A DNA stretch of 63,873 nucleotides, from IMG/VR virus record IMGVR_UViG_3300013006_000032, positions 1-63,873 of that record, one strand, 5' to 3'. Each line of letters opens with the position of its first letter. Position 1 is the stretch's first letter. This stretch comes from a virus. Taxonomy: Duplodnaviria > Caudoviricetes. Positions 9,671 to 20,074 of this stretch are shown here, piece by piece. The position numbers and the translations under genes are program-made. Under the pieces are notes generated by a model. The model was not told where the DNA came from. It did no database searches and was given only the letters and a program-made list of their open reading frames with translations.

Positions 9671-11523
9671 TAGAACTCTCTCTGTATAGACTGTATAGAG
9701 GGTGTAACGATTCTTATTTTATTAACAAAATCTAAGGGGTTATTAAGGTAGGGAAACTTAAAGTAAGGAAGCTTAATATCCTGTGTTGTTATAATTGCAT
9801 CGCTTTCAGGGTATACAGGATTGTATATTAATAAGCTTATGCCAGGTATAGTAAGAGTCTCATTACCTTCAGTCCTCTTTGTTCTAATATCGTTTACGCC
9901 TTCTAAGGATATGATTTCGTTTGTAATTTGAGTTAAACTTAAAGTGAGTCCGAGATTATCTTTTAAAGTAGAAAAATAATTAGCAAATATATTAGCTATC
10001 TGTTGTCTTAACGCTTCAGGGTTACGCTTTGCAGTTATATCCCTAGTAATTTCGAGATAAGACGTTTCTGCAGTGGCGGGAGAAAGTATTTCACCAGGGA
10101 ACCTTACGCCTAGATCTACACCTACATAAACAGGATCGTTTATTACAACTTCTGCAGTTGTGAGTTTTACGTTTTGTAGATCGTTAAGGATAAGTTGTTT
10201 CTGGGCTGTATTAAGATAGCTAGCCCTTGTAGTGAGTGAAGTGAGCTTCTCGAGCTTTGGTACCGCATAGATGTATACGTTATTAAAGTTACAAGAATCA
10301 GAAAACTTTACCTGATTAAACAATACCCTGCTTTCACTATTAGGCTTAGAAACTCCAAGATCAAAATAATATTTTAAATGACCAGATATATAATCCCAGT
10401 TATTAATAGCTACAGTAGATGAAATTATATTGCTATAATTTTTAGAAATATAATTTGTAAAATCCTCAGCAGTAATTAATCTGAATTGGCTTCTAAATGT
10501 ATTAGTAGCATTATTCTTTATACGTGCAACAGATTCTCGTGAAACAAAACTAGTGGATGCGTCAATATTGGAGAATTCAATTAAATTTGATTGCCCGGTC
10601 GTAATAAGTGTAAGATTTTCAGGTGTCGTATCGGTCTTTATCTGATTAAATCGAGGTGAGCTATAGAAGAATAGTTTATTACGGTTTAAAAGCCCGGCGC
10701 CAACCTCACCCTTTGTACCGTCAGATTTAATATAATATATAGCTACTTCATCATTTGCATTAAGCTTTTTGCCTGTCACATTATTACCAAATTTAATTTC
10801 ATATCTCTCGTTTTCGTTTAACCTTATTTCATAAACTTTAGAATTTGACCTTTCAAGAAATAAGGATTGTGTTGATGTCCATTTTTCCCATTTAGGATTA
10901 GTGACAGAATTATCCCGTACATATACGTCGATATTAAAGTGATCAATAATTATATTATTACCGGAATTATCAACCAGTGTCATAGTCAAAACTTCAAATG
11001 GCTCGCCAGTAGAAACATATGTGGGGTATTCATTGTAACCTCCTTGATATAATAGATTATTTTCTTGTAAATTGGTTAACGCTTCGATTCCTTCACCATT
11101 TTTAGAGAAAGTTACATCTTCATTAAATGCATATGATGCGCCGTTGAGAGTAAAATATGAATAGCGAGGAATAGTATATGTACCGGGTAGCAAGGCGTTT
11201 TGGGCGGTAGCTAAAAAGGAAAGAATAGCAGTTTGATTACCAATTGGATTATAATTTATAAGCTTTACAATTTTATTAATATTTTCATATAATTCTGCTG
11301 TAGTAAATGTACCTTCAGCGCCTGTTCTATTGAGATAAAAAATTAATACATGGTAAGCATAAGCAATAATATCGATAATTGAGGATATATTACTCCCTTC
11401 AAAGTTCTGATCAGTAAAGATATTATTTGTATTAAGTCTAGTTGTAATTAGACTCTTTAAGCTTGTTGCATCAAACGCAACATATCCGTCAGTAGGTAGA
11501 TCAAAGTTATTAAATGTTGCCAT
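9670..11523 (-). CDS. gp6: Baseplate wedge subunit, T4 gp6-like
   Basis: FTDQNFEGSNISSIIDIIAY, YEIKFGNNVTGKKL and RLITAEDF motifs; follows gp25. Confidence 0.88.
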   Translation of the reverse strand: MATFNNFDLPTDGYVAFDATSLKSLITTRLNTNNIFTDQNFEGSNISSIIDIIAYAYHVLIFYLNRTGAEGTFTTAELYENINKIVKLINYNPIGNQTAILSFLATAQNALLPGTYTIPRYSYFTLNGASYAFNEDVTFSKNGEGIEALTNLQENNLLYQGGYNEYPTYVSTGEPFEVLTMTLVDNSGNNIIIDHFNIDVYVRDNSVTNPKWEKWTSTQSLFLERSNSKVYEIRLNENERYEIKFGNNVTGKKLNANDEVAIYYIKSDGTKGEVGAGLLNRNKLFFYSSPRFNQIKTDTTPENLTLITTGQSNLIEFSNIDASTSFVSRESVARIKNNATNTFRSQFRLITAEDFTNYISKNYSNIISSTVAINNWDYISGHLKYYFDLGVSKPNSESRVLFNQVKFSDSCNFNNVYIYAVPKLEKLTSLTTRASYLNTAQKQLILNDLQNVKLTTAEVVINDPVYVGVDLGVRFPGEILSPATAETSYLEITRDITAKRNPEALRQQIANIFANYFSTLKDNLGLTLSLTQITNEIISLEGVNDIRTKRTEGNETLTIPGISLLIYNPVYPESDAIITTQDIKLPYFKFPYLNNPLDFVNKIRIVTPSIQSIQREF

Positions 11524-11524
11524 A

Positions 11525-12007
11525 TTAGTTTATAAAGTTGAATCCAGTATTACTTAATATTCCAACTAGCTGAAAACTACTTGAAACATCGATAGTAAGT
11601 ATTGAGACGTTAAGAGTTATCACGTATTGTTGGTTTACTTCATCAGCTGTGACATTTATATTTTGTACACGAACTCTAGGTTCAAATGTTGTAATACCTT
11701 TTAGAACATCGTTTCCTATGTTATACGCTGTCGTCTCGCTAACAGGGAGAAAAAGGTACTTCTGTAAGCCTAAGCCAAATAAAGGTGTTAATATGCGCTG
11801 GCCAGGAATAGTAGTAAATAGGTTAAATATAGAGTTTCTTACTGCAGCGTAATCATAATCGATTTGAAGATCTTTAATCTCTTTTCTTCTTAAGAACTCA
11901 TTGTTCTTTGTATAATCTATCTTTAAATCGAGTAATAAATCAGTATAAGTAAATTTACTTGTAGATTGTTCAGGCTTTGCAATCGATTGAATTTTAATAG
12001 TCGCCAC
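11525..12007 (-). CDS. gp25: Baseplate wedge subunit, T4 gp25-like
   Basis: AVRNSIFNLFTTIPGQRILTPLFG...FEPRV. Start refined to GTG 12007 (track 12013) using the promoter spacing. Confidence 0.9.
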   Translation of the reverse strand: MATIKIQSIAKPEQSTSKFTYTDLLLDLKIDYTKNNEFLRRKEIKDLQIDYDYAAVRNSIFNLFTTIPGQRILTPLFGLGLQKYLFLPVSETTAYNIGNDVLKGITTFEPRVRVQNINVTADEVNQQYVITLNVSILTIDVSSSFQLVGILSNTGFNFIN

Positions 12008-12012
12008 ATACA

Positions 12013-12020
12013 TATTTATG
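12013..12020 (-). promoter_or_regulatory. late promoter CATAAATA, 5 nt before GTG 12007
   Basis: Seen in sequence. Confidence 0.65.
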
Positions 12021-12063
12021 TAAACTTTATTCTTTTAAAAACAGTTTTATTCACATAAAAAAC

Positions 12064-12071
12064 AATAAATA
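12064..12071 (+). promoter_or_regulatory. late promoter AATAAATA, 6 nt before ATG 12078
   Basis: Seen in sequence. Confidence 0.65.
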
Positions 12072-12077
12072 ATTTAA

Positions 12078-12686
12078 ATGAAGAGAAATTTTGTCAAACT
12101 CTATGAATCAACACTGCAGCGCTATACAAATGGTGGGTTTTTAACGGGTGATGTTGTTGTCTTTAAAGAAGGTGCACTGAAAGCTGATTGGTTTAAATCC
12201 TTAGGCTCTAATACACAAGAAAAGATTAAAAAAATGGTAGAAAGCGGGTTAAACTTACGTGTATCTGCTGTTAAAAACGTTCTTCCTAATGTTATGGGTG
12301 CAGGTAATACGGATTATACAGGTACTGATGTTAATGTTGATATTACATCAGAAATTGCACCAGGTAGATATATGGATTTTGCTACTGTTCCAGGTAATGC
12401 ATTAGCTTCAAAATGTTCATATCCTAATCTTCCAGAAGTACCTGAAGTTTTAAAGAAAGACGATCCTGCAAGACGTACTAATATCAAACCTAAAAAGGTT
12501 AAAGATGAGCAGGAAGAAGTACCTTTCTATTCCCCAGCGCGTACTAGAGAATCTGATTTAGGCAATCTCAAGATGTCAGCAGGAGATAGAGTATTAAACA
12601 ATCAAAACGTTAAAATACCGTCATCGCCTGCAGTGGGCAATGCAGATCCTGCTACATATACAGCAAAATACCTACCCAAAAAATAG
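12078..12686 (+). CDS. Hypothetical late protein (202 aa)
   Basis: Clean ORF with late box; N-terminus MKRNFVKLYE resembles a capsid-targeting leader. Confidence 0.7.
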   Translation: MKRNFVKLYESTLQRYTNGGFLTGDVVVFKEGALKADWFKSLGSNTQEKIKKMVESGLNLRVSAVKNVLPNVMGAGNTDYTGTDVNVDITSEIAPGRYMDFATVPGNALASKCSYPNLPEVPEVLKKDDPARRTNIKPKKVKDEQEEVPFYSPARTRESDLGNLKMSAGDRVLNNQNVKIPSSPAVGNADPATYTAKYLPKK

Positions 12687-13616
12687 TTAATCTGTATTAG
12701 ATAACGCAATAAAGCAAGAATAGCAGTTTATTTCTTGATCAACTACAAAACTACTGCGGTAAATATATTCAGATAACGTCAATAAAAATGTTTTCTTTAT
12801 GTTATTGTCTATGTTTTGCTGATCGACATAGTTAAACAAATTTCTCATTAATGTTACATAGTCATTATTAAATTGACTCTCATTTTCAATTAATGCTTTA
12901 CGAAGAGTAGTAATGTTTTTCTTCATTATCTCGCTATATATAAGGCTTAGTACTTCATTATTACATGAGTCCACCAGCTTGAGAGTGCCAGATGATGAGT
13001 ATTTCTGTAATTCATTTAAACTTTTTCTTAAATCAGGATATGTAGATTTAAGAAATTCTATAAGCTTTGTTTTTTCATTATCCGGAATAGTTATTTTCTC
13101 TAATTTTAATACTTGTGCGCACCGTTTAACTACACCGTCCAGTGGAGGTGTTAGATCAAACCCTTGACATCTACTCTGAAGCGCAGGGATGACTCTGTAT
13201 TTGTAATTTGCAGTAAGAATAAAGCGAGTAATTTTAGCAAATTCCTCCATGGTATTGCGTAATGCGCGCTGTGCATCTATAGAGAGACCATCGGTCTCGT
13301 CAAGAATAATAACTTTAATTTTACCATCAAAGCTTTTTGTTTGCGCAAAACCTGTTACTTTAGTTCGTATAGTGTCGATACCATTTTCATCGCTAGCATT
13401 AATATACAGATACTGACAATCTAGTATATCATTTACTAAAATCTTAGCTAATGTAGTTTTACCTAGCCCGGGTGTACCAATGAATAAAAGATTAGGTATT
13501 TCTTTTTTTTCTTTAAATGAGTTAATAAAGGCTTTATTCTTTTCCGATATTACAAAATCGTCTAATGTCTTTGGACGATATTTTTCAACCCACAAATTAT
13601 TAAATTCTGTATTCAT
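12687..13616 (-). CDS. gp44: Sliding-clamp loader AAA+ subunit (gp44/RFC-like)
   Basis: LWVEKYRPKTLDD, Walker A GTPGLGKT, INASDENGID, Walker B IILDE, SRC motif. Confidence 0.95.
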   Translation of the reverse strand: MNTEFNNLWVEKYRPKTLDDFVISEKNKAFINSFKEKKEIPNLLFIGTPGLGKTTLAKILVNDILDCQYLYINASDENGIDTIRTKVTGFAQTKSFDGKIKVIILDETDGLSIDAQRALRNTMEEFAKITRFILTANYKYRVIPALQSRCQGFDLTPPLDGVVKRCAQVLKLEKITIPDNEKTKLIEFLKSTYPDLRKSLNELQKYSSSGTLKLVDSCNNEVLSLIYSEIMKKNITTLRKALIENESQFNNDYVTLMRNLFNYVDQQNIDNNIKKTFLLTLSEYIYRSSFVVDQEINCYSCFIALSNTD

Positions 13617-14080
13617 TATTTACCTGATGATCCAAATCCCTTGTCACCGCGGGTACTCTCTTCAACATTACCCCACTCAACAGGCATCGAGAAGTTAAGA
13701 TATATGGCAAATTGTGCAATTCTATCTCCTGATTTAACTTGGTATTCATTATCAGTTAGATTGTACAGTTTTACTCCCGCATCTCCTCGATAGCCACAAT
13801 CAATAATACCGGGATGAGCCATTATACCATGTTTAAATCCTAATCCACTTCGCGACTCAACTTTTACCCAGTATCCATCAGGAATAGAAGCGAATTTTAA
13901 GCCAACACTTACTACGGCGCTGCCCCTAGCAGGTATTGCTTTATCCTCAATAGAGTAGACATCATATCCTGTGTCGGATTCGTGGTTTTTAGTAGGTAAT
14001 TTAGCTAAATCATGTGTTTTCTCAAACTTTAGCTTAGGTAAAAACTGCATATTAGGATCCACATCTTTAGTATTATACAT
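13616..14080 (-). CDS. dut: Trimeric dUTPase
   Basis: GYDVYS, SRSGLG, GIIDCGYRG, RIAQ and RGDKGFGSSG motifs; start refined to ATG 14080 (track 14113). Confidence 0.95.
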   Translation of the reverse strand: MYNTKDVDPNMQFLPKLKFEKTHDLAKLPTKNHESDTGYDVYSIEDKAIPARGSAVVSVGLKFASIPDGYWVKVESRSGLGFKHGIMAHPGIIDCGYRGDAGVKLYNLTDNEYQVKSGDRIAQFAIYLNFSMPVEWGNVEESTRGDKGFGSSGK

Positions 14081-14086
14081 ACTTCT

Positions 14087-14113
14087 ATTATAATATACCT
14101 TTATAAAAATCAA
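14087..14113 (-). promoter_or_regulatory. sigma70-type promoter TTGATT-N15-TATAAT, 6 nt before ATG 14080
   Basis: Seen in sequence; back-to-back with the terS late box. Confidence 0.6.
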
Positions 14114-14118
14114 TAGCT

Positions 14119-14126
14119 AATAAATA
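14119..14126 (+). promoter_or_regulatory. late promoter AATAAATA, 5 nt before ATG 14132
   Basis: Seen in sequence. Confidence 0.65.
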
Positions 14127-14131
14127 TTATT

Positions 14132-14596
14132 ATGAGCGAAGAACTTAACGAAATGGTAGGGGATTTATTATCTCAGCTTAATGATGCTAATAAGAAGGCA
14201 GAAGTTGTTGCAAAAGAAAATAACCCTTTAATAAAAGAAAATATAGAAAAGTTTGTTATTGAGAAAGCAGGCAAATTAGTTGAAGAGAGTATTGACGTTG
14301 TATCTAATGTTAAGGAATATATCTCTTCGGCACCTGAGAGTAAAGATGTTGGTTCACTCGCTGATTTAATTGCTGCTACGTCTACTGCTATTGAAACGCT
14401 TAATAAGATTATTGTAGCAGATAAGAGAAATGATACAACTATTAAAACAAAAGAAATGGATATTGCGTCACGTAAGGAAATGAAAGAAGCAGATAATACT
14501 TCAAAGTTGCTCACAACGAGAGAACAAGTATTTAAAATGCTTATTGATAGTGCAAATAAGAGTGCAAAAATTATAGATGCTGAGATAGTGGATTAA
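14132..14596 (+). CDS. Probable terminase small subunit (gp16-like)
   Basis: 154-aa helical protein with gp16-like layout (LVEESIDVV...SLADLIAA...LNKI...LLTTREQVFKML); late promoter. Confidence 0.6.
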   Translation: MSEELNEMVGDLLSQLNDANKKAEVVAKENNPLIKENIEKFVIEKAGKLVEESIDVVSNVKEYISSAPESKDVGSLADLIAATSTAIETLNKIIVADKRNDTTIKTKEMDIASRKEMKEADNTSKLLTTREQVFKMLIDSANKSAKIIDAEIVD

Positions 14597-16725
14597 TTAT
14601 CCGTAGAATTTTCACACTCAAAGAATGTTTGATAGAAGTTTTTCCAAAGCTGCTTAAAGTCGGGTATAAGCCCTTGGAAGAATTTAGCAATATCACCGTC
14701 AGTAGGTCGCTTGGGTAATATAGCTAGTAATTTCTTTTGCAGTTGCTCGAAACTAAAGTCTATATCATTGTCAAGTATACTTAAGAAGTCGACTTTACCT
14801 ATGATAGGCAATCTAAAATTACAAATAATATTTTTTAACTGTTGAATACTGTCAAATATTGATGATGCGTTAACATTCTTAAAATCAGTGCCAGCTAGGA
14901 GAGCATATATTTCAGGGAACGAGCCGGGGTCTACAGAAGGTAGCGCGTTAGGTAGATTATTAATAGGAGAGAGTAGTATATTTTGTATAGAACTTATAGA
15001 CCCTGCTAACCCCTGAAGGGGTGATGTAACCCCACTAATTAAAGGCGCAGAAATTTCTTGTAATCCCGGTACATCGCTAATACCAGTCTGTTGTATTAAA
15101 TTATCTAATTTAGCTAATGCTATGTTAGGCGCTGCAACAGCTCCAAGTGCAGAATTAATTTTTGTATTTGCTGCTTCAGTAAGAGATATCGGTGTACGTG
15201 TAACGTTGTATTGTCTGATTTGATTTAAAAATCTCTCATTAAGTTGGTCTGTAGTAACGCCATTTGATTGTTCATCGCTTCCACAGTCTTTAACACCTAA
15301 AAATCCTTGTATTGTTCTCGTACTACTTGATTCTCTGTATTTTTTCTGTAAAAGATCTACTAATTGTATTTGACCCTCAACGTTTATTTCATAATAAATA
15401 TCTTCAATACGCTGGAGATTAGAATTTTCAGTATCTCTAGGGTTATAGCCCGGTGTTTGATTTAAATTAGTAAAATAACTACTATATTCAGCAGTTTCAG
15501 GCACATAATCAACAACTTCAGTAGTATAAGTCGTTTGTGAAAATACGTTATGAGTGTAATATGGTATATCTGTTATTAGATTAGCAGAATGAGGTACTGT
15601 AGGATCAGCTATTAAATTATCTTGCTGATCATCTGATACTTTTTGAAGATTATATGTATTAGCTTTGAATAGGCTTGTTGTTTCATTACTAAACGAAAGA
15701 TTAAATATGTTAGTATCGGGAGAGAGCTTCATTTCTAAGATAGGTGGAACGGGATCCGGTGCACCATAGTTGTTAGGTATGTCGAAAACAGGAGAGACTG
15801 AATCTGTATAAGCTGTATTTGTCAAAGTTCCAAAGCTATCAGAAGGAAAAGCAAACATATTATCAAAATTAAAGAGATCGTTTTCACCATCCGGTGTAAG
15901 AAATAATTCAATTTGAGATTTTATTTCTGTTGGTGAACTATAATATTGTTTGAACCAGAAAAACGTTTCATCATTATTTAAATCTTTTAAACTAGTATTT
16001 AAACTGCTATAAAATTTAGTTTGCTCTGTGATGGGATTAGGCGATGTCTTAGTTTTATTATATTGGATAGCTGTTTCTACGGTCTTATTTAAACTACCCG
16101 GCACAGGTTGATTAGGTAGCGTGGGCTTTGGAAACGCACTGCTAGTTGGTAAATATTCTGTCGGTACTCTTTCAGGCCTAATTTCCCAATGAGGTCTATC
16201 GTTAGCTAGTCCGCTAAAATTAAACCTATTCGCATTGCTTTTTAACCACTGTAATGTTCTTGGGTCACTATTTACATCTAGATCAATCGCAAATCCAAGA
16301 CCGTGATTACTCAGTCCTGGAGCTGCTGCAGGGAGACCACCACTTTGACCGCGTTTAAACTTATCATATAATGCCTGTTGCTTCTCCCAATCACGGTAAC
16401 CTGAAATTATTTTCAAAGAAATACCATCAGCTGCAGCTGCAGCTTGCATTTGCTGAAATTGATTTGCAACATACGGATTGAGATAATATCCACCTTCAAC
16501 TTGCACTAGCTGCAATCTATCTCCTTTATTGAGCCTGGCATTTAATGCAGCTAGACCCTTTCTCCCGCTGTTACTAGCACCTAAATCACCACCACTTTGT
16601 GTATTACCACCAATTGCTTCAATAAATCTAGTGTTACGCGAAACAAGCGCCATATTTTTTGATGGTGCAACCTGTGCTAAATTAGGATAACTTGTTCTTG
16701 TATTTGTTTTTGTTTTAGCTGCCAT
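14593..16725 (-). CDS. Tail/baseplate-associated protein with an M15 (VanY-like D,D-carboxypeptidase) Zn-peptidase domain
   Basis: ISGYRDWEKQQALY...AAAPGLSNHGLGFAIDL...WLKSNANRFNF...RPHWEI; located among hub genes. Confidence 0.8.
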   Translation of the reverse strand: MAAKTKTNTRTSYPNLAQVAPSKNMALVSRNTRFIEAIGGNTQSGGDLGASNSGRKGLAALNARLNKGDRLQLVQVEGGYYLNPYVANQFQQMQAAAAADGISLKIISGYRDWEKQQALYDKFKRGQSGGLPAAAPGLSNHGLGFAIDLDVNSDPRTLQWLKSNANRFNFSGLANDRPHWEIRPERVPTEYLPTSSAFPKPTLPNQPVPGSLNKTVETAIQYNKTKTSPNPITEQTKFYSSLNTSLKDLNNDETFFWFKQYYSSPTEIKSQIELFLTPDGENDLFNFDNMFAFPSDSFGTLTNTAYTDSVSPVFDIPNNYGAPDPVPPILEMKLSPDTNIFNLSFSNETTSLFKANTYNLQKVSDDQQDNLIADPTVPHSANLITDIPYYTHNVFSQTTYTTEVVDYVPETAEYSSYFTNLNQTPGYNPRDTENSNLQRIEDIYYEINVEGQIQLVDLLQKKYRESSSTRTIQGFLGVKDCGSDEQSNGVTTDQLNERFLNQIRQYNVTRTPISLTEAANTKINSALGAVAAPNIALAKLDNLIQQTGISDVPGLQEISAPLISGVTSPLQGLAGSISSIQNILLSPINNLPNALPSVDPGSFPEIYALLAGTDFKNVNASSIFDSIQQLKNIICNFRLPIIGKVDFLSILDNDIDFSFEQLQKKLLAILPKRPTDGDIAKFFQGLIPDFKQLWKNFYQTFFECENSTDN

Positions 16726-18323
16726 TATCTAGACCCCGTAATTAGTTGAAGGTTATCATAACTGTAAGTTTTTATACATCTTATTTCGTTAAAGTATTCG
16801 TTGCCCTGAAAAATATGTTTTACTTCCACTATAAAATATACGCCTAGTATTTTACTATCAAAATCGCTAAAAGAAAACGCGTTATCTCGATTTATTCCTA
16901 TAAACGAACCAGCTATTCTATGTGTAGATCCTGGGACTTTAAAAAGCAATGTATTGTTTAAGAAAATATTATTATATAAAGCTCTATTTCGACCGGATGA
17001 AAATCTTTGAGTGCTGTCTTTTATAATAGTAAAAACATTTTTTACGTTTTTTTGCTGCATTCTATATTGACCTGGAAAGAAATTAGGATATGCGCCAGCG
17101 AAGCTTACCGGATTAAACGGTTGCACGTAATTAGCATCATATGCACACAGTGTGCTTTGTATACTGTGTTGATTTTGTTCTACAGTAAACTGTTTTTCAT
17201 CATTATTGTAGCTATGTACTAATACAGATACAAGATCTTGCTGTGAATGTGCGCCAGGCATAGGATCATAATTAAAATTATTAATCGTTCCATATTTATC
17301 TAGAAACATGGCATCAGGAGGCGTGAAAGAAACATTTTCAATTGTAAATTCGTTATTAACGTCTGAATAAACGCCGAGTTTAAACGTTTCAAGATAACTA
17401 CTTCCTACTTGCGGGGTACTACTATTAGCTTCTGTATTTAAAGCTTTTTTAAAAATATCTCGTAAACTTTCTAGATTAAAAACTGAAGTATTTCTCTCTA
17501 CACGCAAAAATGCTTGATCATAATTATTATCAGAATTAGATACATGTCTGGATAAAAGATATTCCAGGCAATCTGCTCCTTTATACCCTGCAGGAGAAGA
17601 AAAAAAGACTTTTGTAGCTCCTTGATCAAATATATCACCAATTGTAATAGGCCAGCCGTCTTCTTCATTGAAAAATTCAGTTAAAAATGACTTAATAGCT
17701 TCACCAGTATATATACTTCTATTACTATCGTCAGAATTACTTACATCCTCTGAATCTGTATAATTTGCAGTAGAAAAGTAAGAGTTTTTTTCTCTTAAAA
17801 GCTCATAATACATATCCCAAAAATAAAGCTTTTTAAACTTTTGACCGGGTGCAGATCCGGGTATTTCTTCCGTATTGTTTATACTAAAAGTAAATGACAT
17901 TTTAAAGAAATTTTCAGCTTCTTTATCTGTTGTATTAAAATTAAAATCTGAATCTTCGGATAATACTGGCATAATATCTACAACAAGTAAATCTCTTGAA
18001 TCGCCTTTAAAAATAAATCCTTTTTTAGGTGAAACAGTATTAATAGTAGAATTTGCAGCAATACTTTGCTGTGTTTCAAAATCTACCATACGTTCTGCGG
18101 CATCAAAAGTATTGTCTATTATTATATAACCGTAATGATAAAAATTTGTAAAATTATCGATTAAAACCAGACTATTGATAGCCCCCATTTTAAGCTGTTG
18201 ATAGCGACCATCCGAGGTAAATAAGCCTATATTAAACCTGTAAGGGTTATTATTAATAATATTAATAAATTCCTTAGGGTCTTGCGCAGGAGAATCAGTA
18301 TTTTGAGTAGTTACTATTGCCAT
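16725..18323 (-). CDS. Baseplate hub protein (gp27-like)
   Basis: C-terminal FKVPGSTHRIAGSFIGI...GVYFIVEVKHIF typical of hub proteins; synteny after gp53. Confidence 0.6.
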   Translation of the reverse strand: MAIVTTQNTDSPAQDPKEFINIINNNPYRFNIGLFTSDGRYQQLKMGAINSLVLIDNFTNFYHYGYIIIDNTFDAAERMVDFETQQSIAANSTINTVSPKKGFIFKGDSRDLLVVDIMPVLSEDSDFNFNTTDKEAENFFKMSFTFSINNTEEIPGSAPGQKFKKLYFWDMYYELLREKNSYFSTANYTDSEDVSNSDDSNRSIYTGEAIKSFLTEFFNEEDGWPITIGDIFDQGATKVFFSSPAGYKGADCLEYLLSRHVSNSDNNYDQAFLRVERNTSVFNLESLRDIFKKALNTEANSSTPQVGSSYLETFKLGVYSDVNNEFTIENVSFTPPDAMFLDKYGTINNFNYDPMPGAHSQQDLVSVLVHSYNNDEKQFTVEQNQHSIQSTLCAYDANYVQPFNPVSFAGAYPNFFPGQYRMQQKNVKNVFTIIKDSTQRFSSGRNRALYNNIFLNNTLLFKVPGSTHRIAGSFIGINRDNAFSFSDFDSKILGVYFIVEVKHIFQGNEYFNEIRCIKTYSYDNLQLITGSR

Positions 18324-18324
18324 A

Positions 18325-18687
18325 TCACTTTAAAGCACTTCTAATTTCGTTTAAAACAGCGTTAACAGATTCAGGTTTTATAAGCTTAATAAGCTTTCCT
18401 TGTTCAGGGAATTTAATAGGATTATATACTTTATTAGTAAGACATATTAACCACCATAAATCTATCGTTTTATATGCGTTATAGCTAATAATGGTCCAAG
18501 GCATTTTTTGTGATACTAATTGATAATAAATATATTCTTCGCTAATATTGTCAGGTAGGTATACAGATTGTATGAGATTATAGTAATATTGGTTAGCATC
18601 TGTTGCATAAAGCTTAAAGATGTTCTCGTATCTTGTAGTCTTAAGACTTGGTAAATCAGTAACATTATTTTGAAAAACGCCATTCAT
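18325..18687 (-). CDS. gp53: Baseplate wedge protein, gp53-like
   Basis: WTIISYNAYKTIDLWWLICLTNKVYNP motif. Confidence 0.8.
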   Translation of the reverse strand: MNGVFQNNVTDLPSLKTTRYENIFKLYATDANQYYYNLIQSVYLPDNISEEYIYYQLVSQKMPWTIISYNAYKTIDLWWLICLTNKVYNPIKFPEQGKLIKLIKPESVNAVLNEIRSALK

Positions 18688-18692
18688 TTAAA

Positions 18693-18700
18693 TATTTATA
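18693..18700 (-). promoter_or_regulatory. late promoter TATAAATA (exact T4 consensus), 5 nt before ATG 18687
   Basis: Seen in sequence. Confidence 0.8.
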
Positions 18701-18717
18701 CGGTTAATAAGATATTG

Positions 18718-20061
18718 TCAAGGTGTCGGTAATCCTGGAGCAGTTGCATTGGTATCAAGCGGATTTTGGCCTGCAGCAGAACTATTAGCAGCTGCTTCTC
18801 GTAAGAACGGATTTAATACATCGTTAATACCTGCACCTAAAGTATTTGTAGTGACAATATTGTTTTTATTTAAAACAGAATACATAAAATTCTTTGATTC
18901 AGGAAGTAGACTTTTAACTGTTATTCTGATATTATATGCATCTGGTACAATTGTGGTTACGTTTCTCGGTGTTGCGACATTACTGAACCCTCTAACTACT
19001 GTTTCGAGGGTTTGTTGTGGGTTAAGTGTCGGGCCTGCTACGGGTATTGATGCATCTACATTTAAACTGTCAGTTACTGATAGTCCGAAAGATAATTCTC
19101 GACGCGATCCTTGAAATTCAACAGCAAGATCTGAAATATAGCAAAACGGTAAAAACTTTACCCCGGGTATTTCGACTTGATATATTACCGGTGGGTCAAT
19201 AACTGATACATTCTTTCTAGAAGGCTTGTTATTATATAGGATAAGAAATAATAATTCCCAGTTTCTAATAACATCATCAAATGATGCAGATCCTGTATTT
19301 ATTAGAGGAAAAGAAAATGAAAAAGAATCGCCTTCCGTTGGGTAATTATAGAATTTAGCTTTTTCAACAAAAGTAATTTGAGTAGGGTTATTAAGTACAG
19401 ACAGCATTGCAGCCCAATCGGTAACCATATTAGCTCCTTGCTGTAATAACCCGAGAAATGCACCGCCGCCCGTATCATTGGAAAATGTGTTAGCTTGTGA
19501 GTTATTATAATTGGTAAAATAAGGCATTATAAACTGCCACCCAGTAGGCTCGGTAATGTAAAGGTTTTGATAGGGTAATAAATAGGGATTATTTTCATAC
19601 ACATCATTGGTGTCTTGAAACCCGGGTATAGAATTATAGTAATCACGAACCGCTTGACCAGCATCAGAGTTTACTGCAGCGCTATAAGTCTTACTTATAA
19701 AAGAATTTAAACCTTTTGAGATATTGTTAGGGAGCTTATTAATTAATGCTTGTCCGTTTGATTTAACCACGCCGAAAGAGTATTTTAATTGAGATATTAG
19801 TGCATTAGATTTTAATCTCTTTTCTGTTAAAATGATACGCGGGACTTCTTGCCTGGACTCCTTTAATTTAGAATATGTCCAATAGAAATCATTTACAACA
19901 TTGACAACTCCTCCGTTAGAAGTATTGCTATTAGTACCGATCCCTGATCCTATGGGTGTATTTGAAGGAGATATTAGTACTGGTGGCTCTACGTCTACTG
20001 AATTATCTTTTTTAAAGTTTACGTAATTCTTTGTTCTTGAAATAGAGAAGACGTGCTGCAT
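18718..20061 (-). CDS. Baseplate/tail-tube cap protein (gp48-like)
   Basis: FSFSFPLIN...PPVIYQVEIPG...CYISDLAVEF tube-like fold; synteny. Confidence 0.55.
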   Translation of the reverse strand: MQHVFSISRTKNYVNFKKDNSVDVEPPVLISPSNTPIGSGIGTNSNTSNGGVVNVVNDFYWTYSKLKESRQEVPRIILTEKRLKSNALISQLKYSFGVVKSNGQALINKLPNNISKGLNSFISKTYSAAVNSDAGQAVRDYYNSIPGFQDTNDVYENNPYLLPYQNLYITEPTGWQFIMPYFTNYNNSQANTFSNDTGGGAFLGLLQQGANMVTDWAAMLSVLNNPTQITFVEKAKFYNYPTEGDSFSFSFPLINTGSASFDDVIRNWELLFLILYNNKPSRKNVSVIDPPVIYQVEIPGVKFLPFCYISDLAVEFQGSRRELSFGLSVTDSLNVDASIPVAGPTLNPQQTLETVVRGFSNVATPRNVTTIVPDAYNIRITVKSLLPESKNFMYSVLNKNNIVTTNTLGAGINDVLNPFLREAAANSSAAGQNPLDTNATAPGLPTP

Positions 20062-20066
20062 ATATA

Positions 20067-20074
20067 TACTTAAT
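20067..20074 (-). promoter_or_regulatory. late promoter variant ATTAAGTA, 5 nt before ATG 20061
   Basis: Seen in sequence. Confidence 0.55.
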
